From Octopus vulgaris (lineage: Eukaryota): a stretch of 64,000 nt of DNA. The notes under the pieces were generated by a model, which was not told where the DNA came from, made no database searches, and saw nothing but the letters and a program-made list of their open reading frames with translations. Where the stretch lies: positions 34,162,001 through 34,226,000 of the forward strand of contig OX597826.1 in NCBI GenBank assembly GCA_951406725.2, given 5' to 3'. Numbering within the stretch: position 1 is the stretch's first letter; the number at the start of each line of letters is the position of its first letter. Shown here one piece after another: positions 41,905 to 56,779 of this stretch. Both the position numbers and the translations under genes were made by a program.

Positions 41905-42899
41905 ATACCTCTCCGTATTAATACCACCTCTGTTGGTAATATTTATTATTTCTAATCTGTTCTGAGATATTTCATTTATTGATAACAGGGTACCAATAAT
42001 TGTTTATATGCATGTGCGTCAGTGTGTATGTATTTAGCAATGAGTGATTAATTTTTTTCATGAATAATTAAGGTTGCTTGAATAATAGATGTACAAATAT
42101 AATTTTGTTCAGTGTAAATATATATATTTATTATTTACCAAAGTATGCAAGCATCGTTCAATAGCACAGAAAATACTATCTTATGATTAAACTTTGAAAC
42201 CATTTCGTTCGCCTGTGCTTCTTGTGGATGCAAATGTGGACGCTCAAATTGTTACGGTTCACTAATTGGTAGGAACATTCATATATTTTCGATTACAAGT
42301 GCATGCCGTCACACGCTGTGTGAAAGCTTAATCCTTGGTGTTCATGAATTCAAAGAGTTTCAGATTGACACCAAAATATTTCGTTATTGATCAATCTAAA
42401 TGCTAGTGTTTTGATATACTATCAAAAATAATTTCTTTTATCATATCATCCTTTATCTAACTCCATAGCTGTATTTTTACACTGAATCTCTGTGAATCCG
42501 CACGAAACTTTCTGTTGATACTAATGTAACAGAATATATTCCAGGACTTTTGCAGAATAGAGTGCAGCTTTTTAACTAAAATGTCCAATAACTTCTATCC
42601 TAGAATGTTGGAGAAGCAAGCACCAATAGAAGTAAAAACCAGAGTGGTCTACTTTTAGAAGAAATAATTCTTTGAATTGCACATAGTAAAGCGGTAACTA
42701 AATTAGACATTTTTTTTCTTGACATTACTACTTAGTAGCATTCCAAGAAGAATTGAGAGATGAATAATAATAATAATGATGATGGTGATGATAATAATAA
42801 TAATAATAATAATACAAACCAAGATGTGAGAGAAGGAAAAGAACAAGAAGTAGATGGTATGAGTTTGGAATGTATACACTTGCAAAAACCAACGAATTT

Positions 42900-43700
42900 A
42901 GGAACTGAGTCTATAATGAACTGAAATATTTTTAAGCAGATATATATGACATCCATTTCTACTGTGTCATTTGGCAACAATGCTGGTACATATGGTTTAT
43001 ATGTTGTTGGTATAACCAGAAATTATAAATCTGCACTACTCAAATAGAAACTTTCTTTCCTGCAATATAAACCTCAGAATTTTAAACCCTTGTTTTATGG
43101 ACAAGCTATTTTTTATGGTGACATTCCAGCATTGCTTCATTCTTCCAAATGCTGAAAGCTTTTAATGCAAATCATAATATAAAGCAACATAGAAGAACTA
43201 TAATCTGTGAATTTGACAAAAGCAAATATCTGAATATTATTCAAAATATTTGACAGTCTTAATTCATGGAAAGAAAAAAACATAATAACCATATTTTACA
43301 GCTTCAGTTTTAATCAACAAATATTTCAAGCACTCGTCATATAATATGGAAAGAAGAATGAATACAGAACGAAGAAAATAACGGTTAATACATTTTTGAA
43401 GTAATATATCTTCTACTGCGTTTATTGTGTGAAAACATCAATTGTTCTCAGCTACAGCAGGAAGAGAGATTCCACCTTTATAGAATAATGTTTACAATAT
43501 AACATAAATGGAGAATAATATAAGTGAGTTCTACTTGCATAATGTATCTTACATATGTTAGATGACAGAAGATGATATAAAAATTGAAATTCTATATCCA
43601 GCCCGAGCTGAAAGGAATACAAATTACATATCCATGGGAAGAGACATGTCATAACAGGAGTAACTGCAGAAAGATTCAAGAGGTATTATCTAAAAAGAAA
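42900..43700 (-). mobile_element. Possible very old RTE-like LINE remnant
   Basis: Minus-strand TVKYFE and KLSAFGRMKQCW...SLSIK weakly resemble the FKYLG...AFGxL...W...LSxKTK pattern. Confidence 0.3.
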
Positions 43701-44810
43701 TGCATTGAAATCCAACTCCATAAAAATGCATTGTATTGATAAAAAAAATCCGTAATATTATTGATAATTCAATATCATAATAGTATAATTTATATTTTCT
43801 TTCCATATACTGCCATTATAAGAAGGTTAAGCAATATGGTAGAATCCAACAGGGATTTTGAAACTAAGTTATTAAGACATACTTCACTTTGATAAGATGC
43901 CATTCTGTCGTGTTTTACTCATAAAAGAATTTGATATGAACATTGAAATATAAGAAAACACAAAAGCCTCTAGGAGATCGCTTGAACTACTAGAAATATC
44001 TGTTAAACTTTCCTTAAAATATACTCTGCTATCTGAAAAAGGAAGGTCACATTGGATTATGCATTAGAATATGCATACTACTTGATATAACGATGGTATG
44101 TTCACGGTTTAATCTCCTGTATGTTCTAAATAAGGACCTAGTGTGATAAATATCTGATAATTAGAACAGTGGGCTCTGGCATTCAGTGATATCAGTTTTG
44201 CTAACAGGTGAGACACATAAATGATAAAATACCTTTATTAGAGAGAGATGGTTATTAAGAGGTTAGTGATTATCAACTTATAGGAAGTGAATTGATGCTC
44301 TATCTTATGAAATTTAAAGAAAGATATTGCTGCATACAACATAATGATGGTGACAAAATAGACGAGTCCTTAGGGAGGTGGAGAAATTCCTTGTAGAATT
44401 TTGATTCTGCTCTCAGTTCAAATCGTACCAATATCAGGTTAGATTTCCATCTTGCGAGTGCCGATAAATTAGCAATCAAAACTTCAGGTCAGTTTTATCA
44501 CTTCTACGTCTATCTCTTTCTCTCTTTCACCCTCGAAATTAGCTACTCTATATGGAATAGTATTTCGGGTCGCAAAAGAACTCGGGTCCACCTAACATAT
44601 TTAAATCAATGATATGCGGAAGATGCTACGAAGGAGTTAGCTCTGAGGCTTCCGAGAGCAGAGATACTTCCTCCTTCTTTGCTTTCTTTCGTTATTCATT
44701 TATTCGCATTAAATCCAAATCATAGTTCCCTAGTGCTCAAAATGGTGTTATTGCAGTGGTGATGTTGTCAGTGGTACTTTGCTGTGTTGGGATTCTAGTA
44801 TTTTTGTTAT

Positions 44811-45179
44811 GGAGGCCCAGTGGTTAGGGCGGCGGACTCGCGGTCGTAGGATCGCGGTTTCGATTCTCAGACTGGACGTTGTGAGTGTATATTGAGCGAA
44901 ACACTAAAGCCCCTCGAGGTTCCGGCAGGAGGTGGTGGCGAACCCTGCTGTACTCTTTCGTCACAACTTTCTCTCACTCTTTGTTCCTGTTTCTGTCGTA
45001 CCTGTATTTCAAAGGACCAGCCCTGTCACACTGTCTATCACGCTGAATCTCCTCGAGGACTACGTTATTGGTACACGGGTCTGTGGAGTGCTCAGCTACT
45101 TGCACGTTAATATCACGAGCAGGCTGTTCCGTTGATCGGATCAACTGGAACCCTCGTCGTCGCAACCGACGGAGTGCCA
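44811..45179 (+). mobile_element. SINE with family C head and a third type of tail
   Basis: GGCCCAGTGGTTAGGGCGGCGGACTCGCGGTCGTAGGATCGCGGTTTCGATTC head; tail shared with 28154. Confidence 0.9.
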
Positions 45180-45189
45180 CGATTTTCGT

Positions 45190-45655
45190 GGTTTTTAGGC
45201 AATGACAATTGTGACGGTTGCAGTGGTGTTGGCGATGATGACCTCGGCCGCGATGACGTCAGTAGTTGTTTGTTGTAGTAATAATAATAGTATAGGAGAG
45301 GTGGTGATGGCGATTGTAATAGATATGATGACGGCTGTAATAATTGTACGGTGAGTGGTAATGTTAATGTTGCTAGTGGTATTGCTGACATTAATATCGT
45401 TGCTGGTGGTAGCGGTGACGATGATTGCGGTGGTGGTGGTGGTTATGGAAGTGGTAATGACAGAAGCAGCGGTACTAAGGTCATTGGTAATTTTGTTGTT
45501 AGTGCTGGCGTCGGCGTTAGTGTTGCTATGAGTGGTTGTGGTGTTGATAGTGGTGTCGCTTTTGATTGTGATAATGGCGATAGTAGCGGCTGAGACGGTA
45601 GCTGTGATGATAGTGGTGATATGGGTGGTGCTGTTGGGGTTGGTGACGTTGTGTC
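45190..45655. repeat. Degenerate (GGT/GAT/GTT)n low-complexity tract
   Basis: Triplet periodicity by direct reading. Confidence 0.8.
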
Positions 45656-48499
45656 AGCTCTGAATTACAATACTGAACTGTCAATGTCCGTTTTGGCTTT
45701 TATTGAATCTAATAACAAGAGAGAACGTCCTTTTACGAAAGATCTATTATACATTGGAGTGTAATGCATAAGAATAGTTTCCTGATCTCATGGACCTGTG
45801 AGCAGCTGTTGGATTAATAACATACATTTAGACCTTAGATGAGGCAACTCCTTAAGAATAATACAGAAGAGAAAATAAACAAAAACAATAGATGTAATAA
45901 TAAGAACTACAACAACAAAGAGATGTTAGAAATGAATGGTAGGTTGAAACTCTGCTATAATTTACTTTCCTTGTGAGAAGTCTTGAAGTAAATTCAATGA
46001 AAATTATTATAGGTTCAACAAGAAGGAAACGACCAAGAAAATGTAAACTTATGCAGAAATAAGCCTGAAAGGAAAGGCGAAACTAATGCATAAATCTTAT
46101 TTAAAGACTAAATTTATCCTATTGAATGTCTGAAATTAAAATATGACGAGCTGAAGTACTCTTCATATTGACCCTAATAAAACATTTGCTGACAGTTAAT
46201 AATAGCCATTGTCTTAGGAAACTGAATGCCATAAATTAAAGAAATATAAACCAAAATTTCCTGAACTGCCAAATATGCCACACGAAAGTAAAGATATGGA
46301 GAAAAATTACATATTTTCTAAATAATTTGTGTTCATAGCTTGATGTAAATCCTCGCTTATTTTAGAAATAGTAGCAGCCTTATCGATGCGTTGTGATCAA
46401 GAGAACATTTGCCATGATAGGTAGGAGAGATAGTTACGTCGTACTGGAAGAAATTGGTATGAAATACATAGAAGGATCTCATGAGTCTGTAATTGTAATC
46501 AATGAAGTGTGAAATGAAATTTGGGAATTGTTAAGATGTAAAATTCTTCAGTCATAGATGTCTATTTCATGAGTTCTATGATTGTAACTTTATGCAATTA
46601 AACTAACGATATACTTCAGTACACAAATACTAACAACTATTTATTTGTTATATTGTATTAACTGTTGTCATTTGGGAGGTGATGGTGGCGGAATTGATCG
46701 GAATGGTGAAGCATGAGACTTGATGTCTCGCAGAGAATAATCTTACCAATTTATGTTCTGTGTGCATGTGTTTCTTTTTATGGTTCAATCACCGAAGTAA
46801 ATGCGTCGCCAATATCTTTCCCAAGGCGTCTAAGACTTCTAAAAGGAGTAATCCTCTAACCGGTGACTTGACCCGAATTCTTGCAAGAAAGGGAACTCCG
46901 CAAACTGGCTCTAAGAGATAGGGGTGAGCAAAATCAGGCGATGGATTAAGTCTTGTAGGCGACAAGACCAGCTCACCCAGTAGCATCCAACAGAGTTACT
47001 GTGTGCCACATTTTTTTCACCTGGATTTGATCACACCGACTCTCTATTAGAATAAATTGCTCAATTCACGGAGAAATGGAATCGAACATAAAACCAGGAT
47101 GATACGAAGCAAAATCCTTAAACACTCAGCCTAAATTATTGAAGTAGAAGCTGTCTTTCATTCAATTAGGTTTAACGAAATAACTACCTAGTATACTAAA
47201 ATACTTTGGTAGACTTAAGACGCCTAAAGTTTTTATGAAGCCGCATTATAGTAGCTCTGTGAATTAGCTACATACAGGCAGGCAGTTTTTACACTGGACA
47301 CAATGTCAGCATTTTGTACTACGGGTATTGCTGATAGAGCAGCATGTTAGACAAAATGGATTCAGAATGTTAGAAGCTGGAAGAGAATGTACAAGATATC
47401 TCGCCTGAAATTTTAATAAACCAGCCCTTCTACTGCCATAGACTGGTGTTTATTTATCTGACCAGAAAGAATAAAGGATAAAGTTTGCCTTTCTAGGATT
47501 TGCAGACAGAGCGAAGAAAATTGGAACATATGCGCCAGCTTCCATCGAATCTGTGAATTCGCTACTCCAAATATACTAAACTGGAACACATATTATTTAC
47601 ATATATAGATACATATACAAACACATACATACATGCATATATATGTGTGTGTGTGTATCAGTGTGTGTTTGTATCTATATTTGTCCCCCACCACTACTTC
47701 AGAATGTATTGATGTGTTTACGCTCCCGTAACTTAGTGGTTCGGCTACAGAAAACCGATAGAATAAGTTCAAGGCTTAAAAAATAAAGTAATTATATGTA
47801 AACTGCTTCATTATACAATGCAATAAGAACATACATAGAATAATTTTCTAAGAATTTTAGATATTTGGATAGTTTAATAACTATAATTTTGATATAAACT
47901 CGCCACTCCTCAATGGAGGGACTTGTACAAATAATACCTTAATGGTCGAGAATGAAAAGGAAATGGGTTAAAATAAAATCAATACATATAGACACACTTA
48001 CCAATATGCATAACACATAGAGACATGGATGCTCACTCAAATAATTCTTCTTACATTTTATATAAGTGTGAGTTCGGCTATGATTAATTGCCTTGTGTGG
48101 AGAAATGCTGACAGATTCACTTGTACTTTATTCTCCACATGAAAATAAATATAATAAAATAACCAAAAGGTGTACAATGCTGGAATATTAACATCGACAT
48201 TTACTGTGAGTTTCATTCATATATTTATTGGTATAAGTATCAGATATAGGTGCCAGAACATCTGGGAATATGAGTTACAAAAGACTGAAATTCTTATTTC
48301 TGAGCAGCTGCATGTCAAACTATTTAATGCTACAGTAACAGACCTTAACACTGATTATGTAGAACTCCTCGTGTTTCTCGTATCGATCTACTTGAACGCA
48401 GTTTTGCATTTTCCCCGTTGGCAGAATGCACTTTGGAATCTACTAAGTACATACATACATACATACATGTGTGTGCGTATGTATATGTTTATAGATATA

Positions 48500-48564
<65 letters not shown>

Positions 48565-48777
48565 ACATATATATGTATGCATATATAAATATATATATTG
48601 TATTTCGGGCTGGGCATTTTTTTTTTGCCAAATAAACACACTCAGTATAGTGCGTGTGCTTCTTTGGAAAAAAAACCCATCTTGAAATAGTACTATATCT
48701 GTTTCAACACATGGTTACACACCAGGAATGTTGCAACAGAAATTCAGAAATACACAAACACACACACACACACATAT

Positions 48778-48847
<70 letters not shown>

Positions 48848-48858
48848 ATATACATATA

Positions 48859-49700
48859 CAGGATGCCACTGACATAATTTGAATATTCTTATGAACGCCT
48901 ATTTTCAACGCAATGGTATCAGAGAAACTGAAGAAAAGTTACTTTCGGTATTTGTACACGTTCTCAGTCAGTGCCTGCCCCCAGGTAATGGACTGTTGTT
49001 GTTTTGTACCGTAAACGTTGTCTTTTATGGAAACCCTGAAAAAATATTTTATTGTCGTGAGTCAACTGCACGCAGAAGCAACTTGCCAAACCGTTTTGTC
49101 TAATGCAACTATCCTGGCCAAATATCACCGAACTAAGCGTTTTTATTACTGCGGTAGTGCGTGAATAGCAGATCTTGCTGGAAAAAAAATTCATAGCTTC
49201 AAAATCGTTATGATTGTTTGGTACGACAGATTATTTCAGCAAGTTCACGCAAATAGGACCAGTCACAGTACCGCAGAAAATGTTCCAGTTAATCCTGTTG
49301 GTGCTGCGCTACACCATACTTTAACCCCAGGTAAATGTCGATGGTGTTCCCCCACACTATACATATTCCTAAAACCTCAGTATATGCAAGTGTGGTGGTT
49401 AATTGAACCATTTGATTTAAACATACCGTTATCACTCCATACAGTCTTGCTTGGATGGAAAGTGTGCATCTTCTACGCTCCTGGTTAAGTATCACTCGCA
49501 AGATCACATTTCATCCCGGATTATCTTCATTTACAGCGTGAACCAGTGCTTTGAAGGTGACTTTTCCAATGATGGCTTTTCAAAATGCAATGGACGCTTG
49601 ATATTGAAATTCATATCTCGCGACTTGCTTGCCGCATAGAATTTCTTGAACAGTGACACCCAGTTTCTAGTAACCTCTTCCTTCATGTGGCTCGTCGAAC
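48859..49700 (-). mobile_element. Degenerate Tc1/mariner transposase (rosa/DD41D-like)
   Basis: Ordered minus-strand remnants VWSDNGMFKSNGSINHHTCIY, LPGVKVWC, GTVTG, FQQD..HY and KDNVY; end TA|CAGG at 48857-48862. Confidence 0.75.
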
Positions 49701-50136
49701 GCTTCTAGTGCTCATTCTGAACAGTTCCATCAGTTTCAAATCTATGTATGTACATATGCATGTATGTATGAATCTCTGCATATATACATACGTATATGTA
49801 CATATATATATATATAAGCATATGTGGGCACAGAACATCAGGAAACATGTACAACAGAAAGTACGAGCACGAGAACATGGAACAAATGGAAAATAAAACA
49901 AACAACATAAAGAACTAGCCTTCCTGGCTGTTTTTCTAGTCTCGTATTTCGAGCATTTAACAACAAATATATAATGTCAGCCGAACTTACGTATGGAACG
50001 AAGAAAGGGCGTACAACCCCAGAATTATGAAAGTAAAAATAATGAGGTGTCTCACGAAACGAAATCGTCTCTAGAGAGCTTCTGCACGAGAGAAATTAAT
50101 CCAGGAGTGATGTAGTAGTTAACTTAGTCATCTGAA

Positions 50137-50206
<70 letters not shown>

Positions 50207-50558
50207 TATAATATGTGTGAAAGTGTGTGTGAAAGTGTGTGTGAAAGTGTGCGTGTATATGTATGTGCGTGTATATGCGTGCGCATTAAGTGTTTACAGA
50301 TATTTTTAATCTTCTACACCAATGTATACTCATCTTGTACATCTTGACCCTTTCCAGCTAAAATGTGTGTGAGACTGAAACATAAAGTTCACCGCTATGT
50401 ATAATCACAAACTGTTTAAACGCGTTCTTAGGAAAAAATGAATTACAGAAATAAAACATCAAGGTGATTAATTCTCACTTTACATAACACAAGACCTGCG
50501 AAAGAAATAAACAGTTTTTCTTGTTCTTCTTGCTCTCGTCGTTGTTGCTTATTATTAC

Positions 50559-50619
<61 letters not shown>

Positions 50620-51244
50620 TGTGTTCTTCTTTTATAACTCATTACATTCCAGAGTAAGAAGCTCAAAGCAAACTAATATTTTAACAATCAATCATACTAC
50701 CTACTTGTTAGCAAACTGGAAGATTTTTGGTTCTATTTCTTTTCTTTTTTTTTCTTTTTTCTTTACGTTTGTCTTTTTCTGTCTCAGTTTTAAAATTATC
50801 TGATCTCTGGCACCGAAACGTTTGTTTCGTGAGGCCTTTCTTGATATTACGACCGTCATTTCTATTATGGAAGTGGTGGTGGTGGTGGTGGTGGTGGTGG
50901 TGGTGGTGGTGGTAGTAGTGGTGGTAGTTGGGGTCGTCGTCGGTGTTGTTGCAGGGGTCGTCTGAGGTGGTGATGTTGATGGTAGTGGTGCTCATGACGA
51001 TAATGTTGGTGATGATGATGAGGATCATGATGATGGTGATGATGGTTGTGGTGGAGATGATGATGATGAGGGGTGAAGATGACAACAGGGACGATAAAAT
51101 ATTGGCAATCACAATGATGCTCATGATGCTAGCAATGATTACAATAATAATGATAACAACAAAAACAACAACAACAACAACAATAATAATAATAATAATA
51201 ATAATAATATTAATAATAATAATAAAAATAATAATAATAATAAA

Positions 51245-51754
51245 CTGATTGGAAGTGTTATCATGTACATAGTTTTATATTGGTATAAAGAATGGGATAC
51301 AGCAAAATATTCTGCTCAATACCACAGATTTGCTTGCCAGTTGTTTGACTTTAACATGTTGAGCATGTCCCTTAGTGGCTGACGATATGTGCATCTCTGA
51401 TCACGAGCAGATGTAGTGGGAGAGCATCATAGCCATGTGTTGAGAGGGATTCTTTGGGGTTTGAATAATTCACCTCTGGAAACATGTGTATTTCGTTCAA
51501 CATTCTTAAACAACCCTGAGTCAGGGACCTTTTGAGCGGGATGGGTTACTCGATCAGAAGAAAATTCTAACTGGGCCCCACCCGCAAGGTCATATGCTGT
51601 TTATCTTGATATGAGATCACTATGTAGCGCACGTATGGTTGTGATGCAAGTGTCTAGTGTACCCTTATCAGACGAGTAGTCATGATGGATATACTGGGCT
51701 TCGTATATTTTACCCCAGTATCACTTTGAGGGCATGCACTGCGCTCTCACTCAA
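51245..51754 (+). mobile_element. Unclassified insertion bounded on both sides by (AAT)n
   Basis: About 510 bp of complex sequence between long (AAT)n tracts, just upstream of an R4/Dong-like fragment; orientation assumed. Confidence 0.5.
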
Positions 51755-51755
51755 G

Positions 51756-51955
<200 letters not shown>

Positions 51956-51959
51956 TTAT

Positions 51960-52323
51960 TCTAATCGATGTATCAATACCAATAGATGACGTTTCTTTAA
52001 AAGAAACAGAGACACTACCAAAATACAAAGATCTGGAAATAGAGGTAACTCGAATGTGGAGTCGAAAAACAGAAGCAATTTCTATCATAGGATGCGCATT
52101 TGGTATGATAAAAGTATATTCAGACAAAAGCATAACAAAAACACCAGGTCTAACAAATATATACAACATATACTAAATATCACTGCCAGATACTGCACAC
52201 ACCCTACGTAAAACATTTTCAAACAGTAAAAATAAGAGCATCACAGCAAACCACAGCACATATACAAGGCCCACAGAACTGTGCTCGGTAGTGCAGTGAA
52301 AGCACGTGAAAGAAATAAGACTA

Positions 52324-52326
<3 letters not shown>
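51960..52326 (+). mobile_element. 5'-truncated R4/Dong-like retrotransposon: restriction-like endonuclease C-terminus plus 3'UTR
   Basis: LIDVSIPIDDVSLKETETLPKYKDLEIEVTRMW...IIGCAFG...TAHTLRK matches the RLE IDV...KxxKY...W...GALG pattern; flanked by (AAT)n. Confidence 0.85.
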
Positions 52327-52387
<61 letters not shown>

Positions 52388-52412
52388 TTAATAATAATAT
52401 TAATAATAATAA

Positions 52413-52465
<53 letters not shown>

Positions 52466-52559
52466 CTGTTGGTGCTGGTGCTGATGATGCTCATGTTTCA
52501 AGTTGCTCTTATTTTGGTTATCATAACATCTTAAAACGTTCGTGGGTTTTCCATTGTAT

Positions 52560-52846
52560 ATTGCATATATTGCATTTATGAGAATGTTATATATGTGCGT
52601 GTTAGTGTGTGTGTATGTGTTTATATATATATGTGTGTGCATGTGTGTGTGTGTATACATATTTGTGTTTGTGTATGCATATGTATATATAAGTAAATAT
52701 ATACACATATGTAAATATTTATATACATGTATGTATATTTATGTATATATATATATATGTTTATATATATACATATATATGTACATATATATATGTATAT
52801 ATATGTATATATATATATAAATATATATATATATACATATATATAC

Positions 52847-52878
<32 letters not shown>

Positions 52879-52895
52879 GTACATATATATGTATG

Positions 52896-52928
<33 letters not shown>

Positions 52929-52950
52929 TATATATATATGTGTGTGTGTT
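52560..52950. repeat. Compound (TG)n/(TA)n microsatellite
   Basis: Direct reading; a similar field lies at 55500-55950. Confidence 0.95.
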
Positions 52951-53234
52951 TCTTGGCATATCTGCATTTATATGTACGCATGTGTGCGCGTGTGTATGTT
53001 GCAGATTTCTTGTATACGTACAATTACACATACGTATGTGGGTATATTTATACAGCATTCTCTTCTTTTTGTTTGTCAGCTGTTAAAAGCAATATTACTT
53101 ATTTATCATTCTGCAAAACATTTTTATTCTCATTTGGGATGGAATAAAAACGGAACTAACAAATGCCATAAAAAAATAGACGTTTTCTAATCTGAATTCT
53201 TTATATTCAATATCACCAATTCGATCACTGCTGT

Positions 53235-53551
53235 CGACTTTGCCGTCGTCGTCGTCGTCGTCGTCATTTAACCCCCCCCCCCCATCACCTGAATCATCGT
53301 CGTTATCGTCACCGTCATCCTCTACCTCCTACTCCTCCTCCTCATTACTATGATCACGACCATCTTCATCATCATCATTATCATCGCTATCATTAAATTC
53401 ATCATCTTCATCTTCTTCACTTCCACCACTGTTGTAATAGTCATCCTCCACCGCCTCCACATCTTCCTCGTTGTTACTACTACCGTCCTCATTATCGTTA
53501 TCATCTTTACCACCACCATTGCCTTAATCCTGATCGCCATCCTCGTGGGCG

Positions 53552-53590
<39 letters not shown>

Positions 53591-53640
53591 GTCATTATCA
53601 CTATCACCACCACCACCAACATTATCACGGTCATCACCGC
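53235..53640. repeat. Degenerate (CAT/CGT/CAC)n tract
   Basis: Direct reading. Confidence 0.85.
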
Positions 53641-54129
53641 CGGCCCTTCATTATCTATTTCTCTCTCAGCCGTATTCAGTTATCTTCTCACCTCGGTTTG
53701 ATTTTTTTTTTTAATTCCATTCTATGTTTTGGTAGACTAAGAATTAGTAGAGTTGCACTAGTTTTATATTGTTGTCGTTATGTTCTTTTTATACAAACAC
53801 ACGTCTGTATTGCAACTATGCTTACTTCCCAAAACTTGTGAATCGGATATAGAAATATGTTTGAATGCGTTAAAGGTATCTCAGAATCATTTAGTGAAAA
53901 CAAACATGAGATTATGTATATGTAAATGTACACAAATACAAACACACATATGCAGGACGTAGCTGTGTGTGTTCGCTATCCCTCTCGCGGCCTTAATCGT
54001 CTAAAAGCTTTGCAGCAGATCCAAAACTGCCGCTCACGTAACAGTGTCGTCTGGGGTGGACACATCTTCGCTAGCCGTCTAGCTACGCTACTGTACAGAC
54101 ACAAATACATATACATGCATATATACGTA

Positions 54130-55070
54130 TATATTCCGTCCCGCATCGAATTTTATTTACTTTCTTCTATGGTTTCTAATCGGAAAACTTTCACTTTTGC
54201 AATCAAATTAATGGAAGAAAAAAAAGAAACAGGACTGCCGTCGCCATTTCGCAGGATAGCGCTGCAAGACAAGTGTTATCGCATGTTTTGCCTGAAAGCC
54301 ACGGAAAATTAATGAACCTTGAGCAGGTGTACGTGTGTGTTTATACTTCAATCGTCTCCCTTCAGATTGCTTGCATTCAAATGCCTGATAGTATCCAAGT
54401 AAAATCAACTGATTTTTCAACACATTGATTAATTTCCTTATGTGGAACACCATTTGAGTTCATAAAGATGATCGGTATCATTTTCTCAGTTGAACGACTT
54501 TGATGTTTTTCTTCTGGACGCAGTGACAACAATCCAGTCCATGGTGATGACTGCTTTTGGTGGTCACATTCTAAACGTAATCCTGAATGCATCATCTGTT
54601 ATGCCACATTGCTCTTGGCTGATTATCACTTTCCCTATTTTCACCATCTGTTTATAGACGCGTGATAAAATTGCGAAAATGTAATATTCCTTTAAATCGT
54701 CCTTTTGAAACCTTATGACATAAAGTCCATACAAATACTCACGTCTTGGAAATCTTCACATTCAGACAAAACGTTTTGCGCTGTTGTAATGTAAAGGCCG
54801 TCCTTCCCATCAAATGTCGTCTGGATTTCGGATCGTGTTTTGGTAGATATTCTTCCCAATTTCAAAAGTTGGTTCCGCAGGCAAAGTTACAAACGATTGT
54901 ACCCGCAATATTATTTCAAAACGAGATAAATATCTTTGAATTTTTTTCCAAATTTAAAGCAGAAATTCACACAATTATTTCTCTATTTGAAATATGGGAA
55001 ATCATCTACAACGATGAGAAATGAATGCGCAATGCTGTAAAAAGTGATGCATTCACAGAACTGCACCGGG
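54130..55070 (-). mobile_element. Highly decayed mariner transposase
   Basis: KQSSPWTGLLSLRPEEKHQSRSTEKMIPIIFMNSNGVPHKE matches mariner KxQSxQW....SPRPKKxRQSRSxxKxMLIVFFDxxGIVHxE. Confidence 0.7.
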
Positions 55071-55573
55071 AAACACACTGAATTTCTAAAAGTTCTGTTT
55101 CCAACTTTTTTCCAAAAAAACCCAACTAAATTCTGTACTCAAACAAATTTAAGTTCAACCGAACGGATTAATTACACACAGAGTGAATTCCTACCATTGA
55201 AAATGTCGGACAGGTATAGCAAGGCATTGAGGAAGTTGAGGAAAACACCGACGTGCTGCAAAGCGTTAAGATTTCGAGAATCACATCGGGTTAATATATA
55301 ATAATATATCATAGATATCTCAACTGTATTCTGCTTATCGCTTTCAATTTACTTGTATAGCATGACTAACATACGTATATATTATTACAGCAATCTATAT
55401 GCGTGAGTTAATGCAACTGTTCATGCTCCTTATTAATGGATCTCGCTCCTAAATTGATACCAAACTGTAATGGAGGAAAACGCTTTACGTATGTGTGCGT
55501 ATCACAGCGCTACATATATGTGCATATGTGTGTGCGTATATGCATGTATGTATATGTGTATATATGTGTGTAC

Positions 55574-55608
<35 letters not shown>

Positions 55609-55773
55609 TACGCATATATATACATATATATATACATACATATATATGTATATATGTATATACATATATATTCATATATACACATATTTATATATATATT
55701 TATACATATATTTATACATATATATGTATATATATATATACACATATATGCATACATGTATATATATATGCCC

Positions 55774-55833
<60 letters not shown>

Positions 55834-55880
55834 GGGTGGATGTATATATGACTCGCATGCTCACAAACGTGCACTTATAC

Positions 55881-55916
<36 letters not shown>

Positions 55917-56779
55917 AATGTATACACATGCACACACACACGCGCACACATTTACATCAGGCATCCTTTCTTACACGAAATTATATTGCATAAACTATTT
56001 AGAAGATTATCAAGTTATGGATGGTTGCATTTGATGACCCATATACGTTCACCTTCCACAAATGCAATACGCTGCTGCAATTCTTACTCATGTTATCTTC
56101 CTACCTACCTGTCTGGTATCTTTCTTTCTTAGAAATTTAGTACGTTACACCAAGATGTTCCTCCTCCCCTTCTCCGTCTTCTCCCCAAAACTAATATAAC
56201 TATATTATACTCTTTCGCGTAAATTCTGTTCGCTTTCACCTATGAACGGATCGATAAATTACGCGAGGTAAAAAAATAAAATGTTTTTTTTTTTATACTC
56301 TGACAAAAAAAAAAAGAAGAAATTTCTGCACTTCGGAATATTAGTTAATGAATGTAAACTCATACACTCACTCATTTAGTTATCCCAATCCATACACACA
56401 CTTAATCACTTACTATATAACGGTGTGTGCGTGTATGTTTCTCTCCCTCTCTCTCTCTCTCTCTCTCTCCCTACCTCTACCTCTTTACTTGTCTTACTGT
56501 TTACCAGTCTCTAGCGTTCTCTACCTATCTCTATTCTGAGTCTTCTCTGTCTGTCTGTCTGTCTCCCTCTCTATCTGTCTGTCTGTATGTCTGTCTCTCT
56601 TTCTCTCTCTCTCTCTCTCTCCTAAATTAAGTCTACATGAACATCTTCAAGTCATATATATTAATTGATACAGAGTTTGGAATAATCCCATGATTGTTTT
56701 TTCTCCTGAATATTATGTAAGAGTTTCAAATATTGTTATACATGCTTTGGTTAACAATGCATATACTTATATATAGATA

